A program made the translations under genes and the position numbers. Shown in pieces: positions 47,439 to 55,719 of a stretch of DNA of 55,719 nucleotides. Origin of the DNA: Octopus bimaculoides (taxonomy: Eukaryota); NCBI RefSeq assembly GCF_001194135.2, contig NC_069001.1:16515889-16571607 (forward strand). The letters are read 5' to 3'. The notes under the pieces were generated by a model, which saw only the letters and a program-made list of their open reading frames with translations, did not search any database and was not told the origin of the DNA. How positions within the stretch are numbered: position 1 is the stretch's first letter; the number at the start of each line of letters is the position of its first letter.

Positions 47439-48480
47439 GACAGACTTCTTTCAGTTTCTGTTGACCAAATCCTCTCAGAAGGCTTTGGTTGGCCCAAAGC
47501 TATAGTAGAAGACACTTGCCCGAGGTACCATGCAGTGAGACTGAACCCAGAACCAAGTGGTTGAGAAACATGTATATGGGTACATTTCTCTGCATGTATG
47601 TGCCATTGTATTTTACTGCATGTACATGTGTCTCAGTGTATTTCTTTATATATCTGTTACTGAGGCTTGTTTTACAGCCAGCTGTCCTTCTGTTTGCTCA
47701 CCATTATCAGTTTTCCAAGTAAGGGCTCACTTATTTTTGGCAAATCTTGAATCACCCTTTTGATGGTTCCTCATTAGCTCTGAACAATCGATGGTTATGG
47801 TGTTGGACACAGTTATCAGAATTTGTGTTTAGGTATCTTCTATCTTTTATTTGTTTCAGTAATTAGAGTGCAACCAGGCTGGAGCACCGCCCTGAAGAAT
47901 TTTTTGTCACATGAATCGAACCCAGTACTTTTTTTTTTAAAGCCTGATATTTGCTCTGTTGATCTCTGTTGCTGAACTGCTAAGTTATGGGGACATAAAC
48001 ACACCAACACCAGTTATCAAGTGGTGGCAGGGGACAAACACAGATACACACACACACACACTATGGGCTTCTTTCAGTTTCTGTCTTCCAAATCCACTCA
48101 CAAGGCGTTGGTTATTTCAAGGCCATACTACAAGGAGGCTGTGCTGTGGGATTGAACCTGGCATCATGTGTTTAGGAAACACGCTTCTTACCACATCACC
48201 ATGCCTGTGCCTATTTTTATTTATGTTTGTTTTTATTTTGCAAAAACACAAGACAAACCAAAAGAAGCTGCCATTAATTTCTATTTTGTTTCATGTTTTT
48301 CAGGCCATTGACCATAATTTGGTTTTCATCCCAATTCCTGGAAAATCTCATGAGGGGAAACAAGTTTATCGGTTTGGCAGTGTTGTGATGTATCTCGACA
48401 GAAATGTAATCTTCATGTTTGATAGCCAAAGCTGGATTCCGGTCTCTTTGAACACACTCATTGATCGTGGCAAGCACTGA
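24825..48480 (+). CDS. TFIP11: Tuftelin-interacting protein 11 (TIP_N, G-patch and GCFC-like domains), 16 coding exons, ~822 aa
   Basis: join(24825..24933,25537..25685,26984..27090,27968..28031,28650..28862,30277..30427,32208..32370,33214..33336,35365..35512,36760..36944,37536..37732,39693..39911,42614..42820,45352..45560,46486..46533,48304..48480). All introns GT-AG, phases consistent, 2469 nt. Recognised motifs: [103 protein letters not shown]. Confidence 0.96.
25537..25685 (+). CDS. TFIP11: TFIP11 coding exon 2 ([18 protein letters not shown]...[19 protein letters not shown])
   Basis: tgttag| ... CTG|GTAAAT. Confidence 0.92.
26984..27090 (+). CDS. TFIP11: TFIP11 coding exon 3 ([35 protein letters not shown])
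   Basis: ttctag| ... AG|GTGTGT. An in-frame alternative donor exists at 27063. Confidence 0.85.
27968..28031 (+). CDS. TFIP11: TFIP11 coding exon 4 ([21 protein letters not shown]), start of G-patch
   Basis: tttttag| ... AAG|GTAAGG. Confidence 0.94.
28083..28318. repeat. Degenerate ~22-bp minisatellite, ~11 units
   Basis: (c/t)ataac-like cores at 28087, 28107, 28129, 28151, 28173, 28200, 28222, 28244, 28260, 28281, 28302. Confidence 0.7.
28650..28862 (+). CDS. TFIP11: TFIP11 coding exon 5, G-patch core
   Basis: ttttag|ATG GGT TAC ... ACA|GTAAGT; [23 protein letters not shown]. Confidence 0.95.
29425..30032 (-). mobile_element. Full-length SINE family C, antisense, with internal microsatellite and gap
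   Basis: Head caggagtggctgtgtggtaag...gggttcagtccc at the 30032 end; (CA)n(TA)n core; tail ...caagtaaaagagta. Confidence 0.85.
30277..30427 (+). CDS. TFIP11: TFIP11 coding exon 6 ([12 protein letters not shown]...[14 protein letters not shown])
   Basis: ttgtag| ... CAG|GTTTTT. The donor is weak but is the phase-compatible one that fits the homology. Confidence 0.9.
30989..31210 (+). mobile_element. Mariner-derived MITE, copy 2
   Basis: TA|TGAGGGAGTGCTGAAAAGTTC ... GAACTTTTCAGCACCCCATCG|TA. Confidence 0.85.
32208..32370 (+). CDS. TFIP11: TFIP11 coding exon 7 (GYHAICQRH...[26 protein letters not shown])
   Basis: ttgctag| ... AA|GTAAGT. Confidence 0.94.
32713..32949 (+). mobile_element. Full-length SINE family A with TSD
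   Basis: 14-bp TSD GAATAGTTTGCTAC (32699-32712 and 32950-32963); AATAAAGAAATAA tail. Confidence 0.85.
33009..33186. repeat. 13-14-bp minisatellite (TTGTTAATCCTATC), ~13 units
   Basis: gttaat cores at 33022, 33035, 33049, 33062, 33076, 33090, 33104, 33117, 33130, 33144, (33158), 33172. Confidence 0.9.
33214..33336 (+). CDS. TFIP11: TFIP11 coding exon 8 ([18 protein letters not shown]...GILDMVE)
   Basis: gaacag| ... AG|GTAATC. Confidence 0.92.
33866..34907. mobile_element. hAT (Charlie-like) MITE with internal duplication and nested RTE fragment
   Basis: TIRs CAGTAGTTCTTAA / TTGAGAACTACTG; degenerate 8-bp TSD ctctatat / ctctgtgt. Internal repeat at ~34061-34150 and ~34271-34362. Confidence 0.7.
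34368..34826 (+). mobile_element. Young RTE-family 3'UTR copy, sense
   Basis: Near-identical to 22424-22619 and to the reverse complement of 38396-38798; (GAT)n tail. Confidence 0.85.
35365..35512 (+). CDS. TFIP11: TFIP11 coding exon 9 ([11 protein letters not shown]...[20 protein letters not shown])
   Basis: tctcag| ... ATG|GTAAGT. Confidence 0.94.
36760..36944 (+). CDS. TFIP11: TFIP11 coding exon 10 ([11 protein letters not shown]...[17 protein letters not shown])
   Basis: tttcag| ... CT|GTAAGT. Confidence 0.94.
37536..37732 (+). CDS. TFIP11: TFIP11 coding exon 11 (QWNVRECNP...[21 protein letters not shown])
   Basis: tttcag| ... G|GTAAGA. Confidence 0.95.
38396..38798 (-). mobile_element. 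Young RTE-family 3'UTR copy, antisense
   Basis: (CAT)n, then cgtttaatgtccgctttccatgctagcatggg..., ending gcaagctgagttt. Confidence 0.85.
39693..39911 (+). CDS. TFIP11: TFIP11 coding exon 12 ([35 protein letters not shown]...NPHQQIL)
   Basis: tctctag| ... G|GTAAGT. Confidence 0.96.
40760..41000 (-). mobile_element. Old RTE LINE ORF2 C-terminal relic
   Basis: [33 protein letters not shown]...KCLHCDF. Confidence 0.65.
41114..41223. repeat. (AAT)n microsatellite, ~36 units with interruptions
   Basis: Seen directly; follows an ~85-bp RTE tail fragment. Confidence 0.95.
42614..42820 (+). CDS. TFIP11: TFIP11 coding exon 13 (PLHWMMSW...[32 protein letters not shown]...VK)
   Basis: cgtgtag| ... 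G|GTAAAC. Confidence 0.95.
42840..43315 (-). mobile_element. RTE-family 3'UTR copy starting ~20 nt after the exon 13 donor, with four 64-68-bp units
   Basis: tgg(c/t)aacg unit anchors at 43046, 43113, 43177, 43245. Confidence 0.85.
44327..44690. repeat. Degenerate ~22-bp minisatellite grown from an old RTE 3'UTR
   Basis: Repeated gtgc(t)ttta(c/t)(a/g)tgg(c/t)(a/g)ctggca(c/t)ga units directly after an RTE-tail-like segment (~44200-44326). Confidence 0.7.
44977..45213 (-). mobile_element. Full-length SINE family A, antisense, with TSD
   Basis: 10-bp TSD TAATGTTTCT (44967-44976 and 45214-45223). Confidence 0.85.
45352..45560 (+). CDS. TFIP11: TFIP11 coding exon 14 ([13 protein letters not shown]...[10 protein letters not shown]...PPPPPP...PPPDYD)
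   Basis: ccaaaag|AT CAG TTC (phase 1) ... GAT|GTATGT. Confidence 0.9.
46486..46533 (+). CDS. TFIP11: TFIP11 coding exon 15 ([16 protein letters not shown]), 48 nt
   Basis: tttgcag| ... ATG|GTGAGT. Confidence 0.92.
48304..48480 (+). CDS. TFIP11: TFIP11 last coding exon ([25 protein letters not shown]...[11 protein letters not shown])
   Basis: tttttcag|GCC ... TGA. Confidence 0.95.
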   Translation, partial: AIDHNLVFIPIPGKSHEGKQVYRFGSVVMYLDRNVIFMFDSQSWIPVSLNTLIDRGKH

Positions 48481-48797
48481 TGTGCAAAGTGTCATCTTCC
48501 CTCACGTTGTTGTGTGGATGGGTGTGTGTATTGGCTGGAACATTCCTGCAGTACATTCAAAATATACATAGACATATATACACATTTATAAACTTTTTGT
48601 GTACTCATAAAATTTAGAGTGAGAGAGAGAGAGAGAAAGAGAGAGATTGATGGATTCTTTGGGTGTATATAACAGATTGAATGAGAGGGTTTTTAAAGTA
48701 TATAAAGATGTTTATATGTGTGTGTGTATGTATTTATTATAAACAGGGAACATTGAGAAACATGACCAGACTTAGAAATGTTCTGTTACCAAAAATG

Positions 48798-49054
48798 AAT
48801 AAAAAAGATGTAAGTTGTATAAAGTCCTGTCTTTCTTACAACAAGTTTAAAAGGTCAGAAGGAAAGTCACTCCCTTGAAAGTGAAACGGAAAAGATGGAA
48901 AAAGTATAGTCTGAATTCTAGAGAAAACTTGACAGAATGCTGCAAGTCAACATAGAAAGCAACAGGAATTCTACAGTTAGAGAAAGCTGATGTTGACAAA
49001 TCAAAAATGTTTATTAAGTATTTTTATTTGTTTATAATGTTGTTGAAAAATAAA
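48798..49054 (+). terminator. Candidate TFIP11 polyadenylation signals (AATAAA at 48798 and 49049)
   Basis: Hexamers in the AT-rich 3'UTR; which one is used cannot be determined from sequence. Confidence 0.35.
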
Positions 49055-50654
49055 TAACAATGTAAAATTGTTTAGTAGACACTGCAGTAGTTATTTATTA
49101 GGATGGGGACTTTGAAATTTCACATGCTAAGGTCATCTCTACAGATTTTCTATAGAAATTATAGCCAGCACTGATTTGTTACAACATTTCATATCCAAAT
49201 ATATCTAATGTAAACAACAATGTGATCAAAGATGGAAAAATGGTTAATGGGTGTATATGCCATACTTCAGGAGTTCTTGCTCCTTCATCAGCACCACATC
49301 AACTTCATTAACCATCCATGAACTCATTGCTTAAATAACTACTAAATACAGCAGTGTAACATTATTGGATATACCAATTTTACATATTAAACACATTCCT
49401 GGCAGCTGGTAGGTACATATTAGTGACTTGTAGGAACACCCTATTTCATTATGTAACCGTAATGTACTACAAAGTATATTAAAGGCTTATAAGTCATACT
49501 GTGTCCTACCTGTGTTAGCAGTGCTATTAAATATATTATTGTAAATTATGGTTGCATAATGAAATACAGTGTTCCTGCAAGTAGTTAATTTGAAATTTCA
49601 GGTTGCACAAGATGGTTGTGAGTAAGGCACCTCTCAACATTTGTTAAAGCATGGCCCAGTGTGAGTGTATTACTGTGTCTAGAAGTACTGTGGCAATATA
49701 ACTAGGTTGGAGTTTTGGTTTAGCAGCCTTGGAAGGCAACCAGACTAGGAGGACAATGCTGAAAAAAATCATCAAACTCATAAAGAAATGCATGCCTGAG
49801 TGATATTATATTAACTATGTACATACAGTATTTAGAAGAACTAAAACCCCTGAGTAGCTCCTGCAGATTCTGTATGGGGCAAAGCATCTCTGATGTTTAT
49901 TGCCACCTCCTTCTCATCATTTAGTGTCTGTTTTCCATGCTGGCATAGGTTAGGTGGTTTGACTGGAACTGAAAAACTGGAGAGCTGTACCAGGCTCCAG
50001 TGTGGTTTGGCTTGGTTTCTTTGACTGGATACTTTTCTTAACTTCAACACACTCCACAGAGTGTAGGGGGCGCCTTTTATATGTCACCAGCACTGGCCAC
50101 AACTACAATTTCACTTGGCTTGATGTGTCTTCTCAAGCAAATTGCCAAAGGTCTTGGTAACTTGTTATTGCCTCTTTGAGGCTCAATATTTGAAGATCAC
50201 ACTATACCACATTGTCCCGTGTCTTCCTGGGTCTACCTCTTCCACAGGTTCCCTCAAAGTTAGAGATTGTCACTTTATGCAATAACTATAACTGGCGCTG
50301 TCGGTTCTGATGATAAGGGTTCCAAATGATCTGATCAACAGAACAGCCTGCTCATGAATTTAATGTACAAGTGGCTGAACACTCCATAAACATGTGTACT
50401 CATCACATAGTTCTCCAAGAGATTCAGCATAACACAGAATGTGACAAAGCTGGCCCTTTGAAATATAGTACAATTCATTTTTGCCAGCTGAGAGGATTGG
50501 AAGAATGTGAAATAGAATATCTTGTTCAAGGACACAATACACTGCCAGGAATTGAACTGATGACCTTACGAGTGCGAGTCAAATACCACTAACCACTAAG
50601 CCACATACCTTCACAACATATATATATATATGTATACACACACACACACAAGTA

Positions 50655-50821
50655 CATGATGGAGTGCTGAAAAGTTCTTTTACAGGGCTTAGAAAATCTG
50701 AAGGGCCACTGCAATAAGTGTGTGAATCTGAGAGGGGAATATGTGGAATAAAATCATAATTAACTGATCCTCCTGTATTTTCTTTCACCAAAATCCAGGA
50801 ACTTTTCAGCACCCCTTTATA
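50655..50821 (+). mobile_element. Mariner-derived MITE, copy 3, internally deleted
   Basis: Same TIRs as 30989-31210; lacks the ~55 bp between two AAGTTC motifs. Confidence 0.85.
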
Positions 50822-52079
50822 TATTTTTGCATGTATATATATAATCTATAGCATTTACTGATCAGAGGAAATTACAGAAATTTTACAAGAGACTGAACCG
50901 AACTAGTTCTATTGTTAATATTGATGTTGGAAGCTGCTTTACCAATGTTCTTGTTATGGAGACATAATTTTAAACAATGTGTATACACACCTTCAAATTT
51001 TTGGTGCAAGTCCAGAAAGTTCAGCGGAGGAGATAAGTAAATTACATCGACACCAGTGCTCAACTGGTACTTATTTTATCAACCCTGAAAAGATGAAAGG
51101 CAAAGTTGACCTCTGCAGAATTTGAACTCAGAACATAAACATGGATGGGATGTTGCTGGGTATTTTGTCTGGCACAGTAATGATTCTGCCTACTTGCAGC
51201 CTTCTCCACACCTAATATTGTAATTTGCTTGCACATCTTACTTAATGAGAAGACCAAATACAATTTGTAGTGAATTGATTTTGGCCATGGTGGTGGACAA
51301 ATTTAAAAAATGAGAATTCATCTTAATTTTATTAAACACAATTTTGACCCCATCCTCTTTTACAGTCTTGACAGCTACTCTTCCCCTGCTATTATAATAA
51401 ACACTATTTTGGTATTTTGTCATTTCGTTGTATTATTTTCTCATTTAGCTATAATTCATAGTTTCAAACGGGGATGAAGTGGGCATTGAGTGAATGGAAA
51501 ATGGAATGGACTCAATGCCATATTTTGATAAAAAATTAATTTTAAACAGTTTACAGCATGTCCAACATCATGGTAAAGAAAGAATTACTAAATGGATGCT
51601 ATGGAAAGGAGGTGAAACGAAAGCTTTACTAATATTTCTTGCGTGAGAAGAGAGAGCGCTATTGTTTTTCAGTTTAAGAATCGTTGCTAGAAACTACACT
51701 TAACTCCAACAAATATAAATAAAACGAGAATTATCTCCGCTAACTATTAATTACCTCCCCTGTCAATACTTTCAACTGTTNNNNNNNNNNTGGATAGAAA
51801 ACGTCGAAGGCTACCCGTAGGACTCAAACCCACATCTGTAAATATGACAGACGTCCTTTATAGCTTAATGTGCTTCAAGTTCTACCGACTCAAAGGAGAA
51901 TTATTTCACGTTCTCTGGAAGTTTCTTAAATTTTTATGATGTCAACTATATGTGTGTGTGTGTGTGCTCGCGCGCGTAATATATATATATGTACGTACAC
52001 ATGTACACATTGTTGGATGACCGTTGACTGCTCGTGTTCGCCCTTTAACCGGTTTTATTTTTCCAAGCAAGCTCGATGG

Positions 52080-53300
52080 GGTTGCCAGTTTAGTCGCCGA
52101 CGACCCGACCATGCAACAGGTACTGGGTTACATGTTACATGTAACACTTGAGAACGACCTGACATGGTTTAACTGCAAAGCAAAGACTTAAGAGCGACCT
52201 GACACGGTTTAAGTGCAACGCGAAGACTCTCAAAAGATTTGTCAGAGAAGTGCTTTATGTTGATGTTGCTGATTTGTTGTCACACTCAGATGAGGATGTG
52301 CGACATTTAATGGACAGATTTTCCACTGCATGTGTACATTTCGGATTCACAATTAGTCCTTAGGAAAACCAAATAAATGCTTACTCCCGCGCCAGGACAA
52401 ACGTATTTCGAACCAAACATTTTTGTGAATGGAACAAGGTTAGGTAGAGATACACTATCTTGTAGGGAAGAGAAGTTTTGCATTTGGAAAGCTGGAAAAG
52501 CAAGTATGGGTGGATGGAGGTATTTCCTTGCAGACAAAAATCAGTGTCTATAAAACTTGAAATAAATAAATCTATAAATGATAGCGTATAAATATTGAGT
52601 TATAAAACCCTTTGGATAGAAAACGTCGAAGGCTACCCGTAGGCCACTCATAGGCATCATATGAAAATACTGGAGAGATTTCGCCAAAAGTGGTTCAGGC
52701 GTATCTTGGGAGTCAAATGGGAATGTTTCATACCAGATATAGAAGTTTTGCACGTGGTACGTGGTAGCTCAATTGGACAACAAGTCATCTTGGCTCAAAT
52801 GAGATGAGTTGGACATGTTATTAGAGTGAAAGATGAGAGATTGCCAAAGCATCTTTTTTATGGTGAGCACAACTCTGGTAAGCGACCACAACATATGTCA
52901 AGGAAAATGTATAAAGACTGAAAACCTGAATGAACTAGATATGAACAAAAGTGAATGGGAAACATGCTCAGGATCAAAATAAGTGGAGAGGTGCTGTTAG
53001 GACTGGTTGCAACGGCTGGGAGAAAAAATGATTCAGTGCTCTGAGCTTTAAAGGGCCTGTTGGAAAGGAACAATCGGAATTGAAATCAACAGTGAATATT
53101 GGATATGTATTGTGTGATCGTGTTCTGTTGTCAAAAGCAGGATACGTGAATCATATGAAGTCACACGAAAATGGAAATGTCCAGGCAGGTAATCTTGAAC
53201 TCCGACCATCTCTTACGACTCGTGTCATATGTCACAAAACTTGTAAGACAATATCTGGACTTGAAAAGACATATGCTAGTTCACACTCCAAAAGCTAAAA
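52080..53300 (+). mobile_element. Degenerate RTE (BovB-like) LINE: RT domain to C-terminal zinc fingers
   Basis: KRFVREVLYVDVADL..HSDEDVRHLMDRFSTAC..FG (decayed YADD region), HMKILERF.QKWFRRILGVKW, RLPKHLFYGE. 40-bp tandem duplication at ~52150-52230. Confidence 0.85.
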
Positions 53301-55070
53301 CCCAGCATGGTTCCTGCTCAGGAAGAAGCTGCCTTACACAGCTTTTGTTAGTTTTATTAAGTTACTGTCCGAGAGAATAGTTGGCGTCACCTTAACATTA
53401 TAGATGAACGCCGCGTTATTTGTGAAGCAGAGGCCCAAGACATTTTTACCCCTTGTTAGGTGGAGCACTATTTGCTCCATAAAAAGCATGTTTGTGAAGC
53501 CGAGCAAAAACTTTGCTTGCATCTGTTCATGCAGTGACATACCTGAGAGAAGGCGTCCTCAGACTATCTTGATATTAACGGGGTTGAAGTGTCCTAAAAG
53601 AAGGGTGTGAAGGCTGTCATCAACGTTGGTTAACACGTCTTCCATCTTTTTGAGGCTCTTTTGGAATGAATCCCCATGATTTGGTGCATCTGGTGGGCGA
53701 TATGTAGCACATTACCATTTTCATCTGTTTAACGTGTACCACCAGAGTGTCACAGACTGAATTTGAGTGTGACAGCAAGCGTGACATCCTCCCGGATGCA
53801 CACTGCAACTCCACCATGAGTCTTTTATCTCCTTTCAATTCGCAACATGACATAGCCTAGTATGTGTATCTCAGCATCTAATAATAGTCTGTGTTCAGAT
53901 GTGTTCTGTTAGTACCATGCATATTTGTTTGATTACATGTCACTAAATCTCTCAGGTGTTGGGTTTTCTCTCGGTGAGACATTACAAAGCCCCTGATATT
54001 CAACAGGAATAATGGTAAAACGTATAGGGTGTCAGTAGGGGCACTGCTCTGACATATGTCGTGGTATCAGAGGTGGTCACCCTGGATCTTTTGTTATTTG
54101 AGGTGGTCTTGAGTGCTGGCACGTTTCTCAAACTCAATGTCTGATGGAACCAGGTCAACTGCCTTACAACTCTCAGTGCCATTTCTAAAAAAGACTGCTA
54201 TTCAGCAGCTGTTGTCTGCACTGCACCAACATATTTTTTCCTCTTAGACATAGTGTGTGCATCATTCACATATTTCTAAGATGGAAAAATCGGGTGGAGA
54301 AATTGATTCTAGTGGAGTTGTTTGTCTCCTTTGGGGACTGTAATCTCTGATCTTGAGGCGAGCAAAACAAGTACCACTCGCATGGGGATTGAGATGAGCA
54401 AATTTATAACCCGTCCCAGTGTCTCGTGCCAGCAGATACCCTTTGCATAGAACTTGCAAACTGTTTGGGCTTTAAAATAACATTCTAGAGCCGTTTTCTT
54501 TGCAGGTTGTACTTCATTTTGTTTCTGTTTTTGCGCTCGACATATGGCTATCCTCAGCTTGCGTGCTTGTTTGTGCCTTCATCTTCATGTTTGGCTTCTA
54601 TTTTTCTTGATGGACTTTTGCTTTGCACTGTTGTTTTGCTTTGCTTTCCTTTCGCAGTTGTTCCAGAGTGGTGCTGTTGTTGCTTTGCTTTACTTTGCTT
54701 TCATAGTTGTCCAGAGTATGATGTCTCTGTTTCTCTCTCACAGCATCACCCTGACACTCTTTGGATTCTATCGAATCACTGGTTTTTTTTCGCCTTGTGT
54801 TTTTGTCTCCTCTTTGAGTATATTATCTAGTAGCTCTGCATGTGTGGTTTAACCTGGACATAGGAATGAATGAATTCGATCCTTTTCCTTTCCATTTGAG
54901 CCTTGGCTCAATGAAAACCAAGGCTCTTAAGGGTCTCCGCTATCAGAGTGTTTGGCGGTGATCCTCCGGTCAAGTTCCATGCGAGGAACATTATTTTAAT
55001 TTTTTCAAACTGCGAATTTAATGTATATTTTAACTCTAATACTTTGATGTTGTTGACTTTGCTGAAGTCC
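53300..55070 (-). mobile_element. CR1-clade LINE relic: ORF1 (CCCH-type fingers) and APE endonuclease; RT absent
   Basis: Minus strand: VCKFYAKGICWH..G.GYKFAH (54395-54465), NIRG..TEH/ETHL-like, YRPPDAP..GDSFQKSL..LLGHFN, EQIV.H.TRGKNVLGLCFTN..SDSNLI. Confidence 0.8.
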
Positions 55071-55094
55071 ATGCTCTTGAGATGAGAAAGTAGA

Positions 55095-55111
55095 GATAGA
55101 TATGTAGAGAA

Positions 55112-55185
<74 letters not shown>

Positions 55186-55195
55186 AAGAAAGAAA
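55095..55195. repeat. (GA)n/(GAAA)n microsatellite
   Basis: Seen directly. Other long tracts: (CT)n 2400-2465, (TA)n 11958-12000, (CA)n 20961-21041, (CAT)n 37850-37905. Confidence 0.95.
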
Positions 55196-55719
55196 GAAGG
55201 GGTAAAGGTAATCAAGAAAAATCAGAGGGAGAAAGGGAGAAGCTGCGTACATGAGAAATTTGTGTTAAAACTCAAGTTTCTCGTGTATGTGAGTAGCTAC
55301 AGACTACTACTAAAATGTATTCTAATCGAAATAAACGAAACGAAGATTAAAAAATGAGTTACCCTTTCACAAGTCACCTGAGGAGAGACATCTGCACCAA
55401 TGTTGTACCAGAACTGTTTGTTCAGCATCTCACCTGCGGGGCACCGATGCACGATGGGTCGAAACGATTGTAGTGAATAACAGTCACGTCAATTCCATTT
55501 TCTTTCTCTTTCTCTCACATAATATATATATATTCTTTCATTCTTTTACTTGCTTCACTCATTAGACTGCGGCCGTGCTGGGGCACCACCTTGAAGAAAT
55601 TTTCAGTTGAATGAATCAACCCCAGGACTTATTTTTGTTTAAAGCCTGGTACTTATTCTTTCGATCTATTTTGCTGAACTGCTAAGTTATGGGGATGTAT
55701 ATGCACCAACATCGGTTGT

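Larger units (their letters stand above)
2185..51790. other. Assembly gaps (N runs)
   Basis: 2185-2377, 7242-7251, 16276-16386, 19671-20248, 21631-22423, 29719-29836, 34405-34461, 47015-47405, 51781-51790. Confidence 0.98.

Noticed and set aside
1992-47564. Long ORFs containing X runs (e.g. 19627-20478, 21499-22544, 46681-47564)
   Set aside because: They are open only because N gaps contain no stop codons.
24934-48303. U12-type introns or intronic snoRNAs in TFIP11
   Set aside because: No RTATCCTT donor was seen, and no convincing C/D box pair with terminal stem was found by eye. An Infernal/snoscan search would be needed to exclude them.
49240-49315. 10-bp stem (atggttaatg/cattaaccat) with inner hairpin, considered as SECIS or another RNA element
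   Set aside because: No AUGA/GA quartet or apical AA motif, and TFIP11 has no in-frame UGA. A 10-bp stem is plausible by chance in 55 kb.
51482-51519. 10-bp hairpin ggcattgagt/actcaatgcc as a Helitron 3' end
   Set aside because: The loop is 18 nt and no CTRR terminus follows at the expected distance.
2383-55252. ORFs rich in CV/HT/YI/LS dipeptides
   Set aside because: Translations of (TG)n, (CA)n, (TA)n and (CT)n microsatellites.

Overview
Eukaryotic, repeat-rich animal genomic DNA with 9 N-gaps and dense (TA)n/(CA)n/(GA)n/(CAT)n microsatellites. The repeat landscape suggests an Octopus-type coleoid cephalopod; this is an inference, not a database match. The one secure gene is TFIP11 (tuftelin-interacting protein 11, Ntr1/Spp382 orthologue, the G-patch activator of DHX15/Prp43 in lariat-spliceosome disassembly) on the + strand. 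I rebuilt it by hand as 16 coding exons, 24825..48480, all GT-AG and phase-consistent, 2469 nt including the stop, about 822 aa. Three phase-compatible candidate exons, one a 24-nt microexon, suggest a second unidentified gene on the - strand leaving the left edge (222..1797). The rest is transposable elements: RTE, CR1 and Tx1/L1 LINE relics, at least three tRNA-derived SINE families, mariner relics and MITEs, piggyBac and hAT MITEs, long fold-back palindromes, and a Merlin-like MITE with a perfect telomeric-repeat palindrome at its centre. I found no prokaryote-style novel system (no CRISPR, operon or defence locus). The best leads are: the telomeric hairpin MITE; a tandem array of branch-point-like motifs in a >200-nt AG-free zone before exon 8; a Glu codon at a conserved G-patch Gly that A-to-I editing could restore; inverted young RTE copies in the introns (dsRNA or circRNA potential); and a displaced 3' splice site before exon 14. 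All coordinates were counted by hand, and TE boundaries without a TSD or TIR are approximate.
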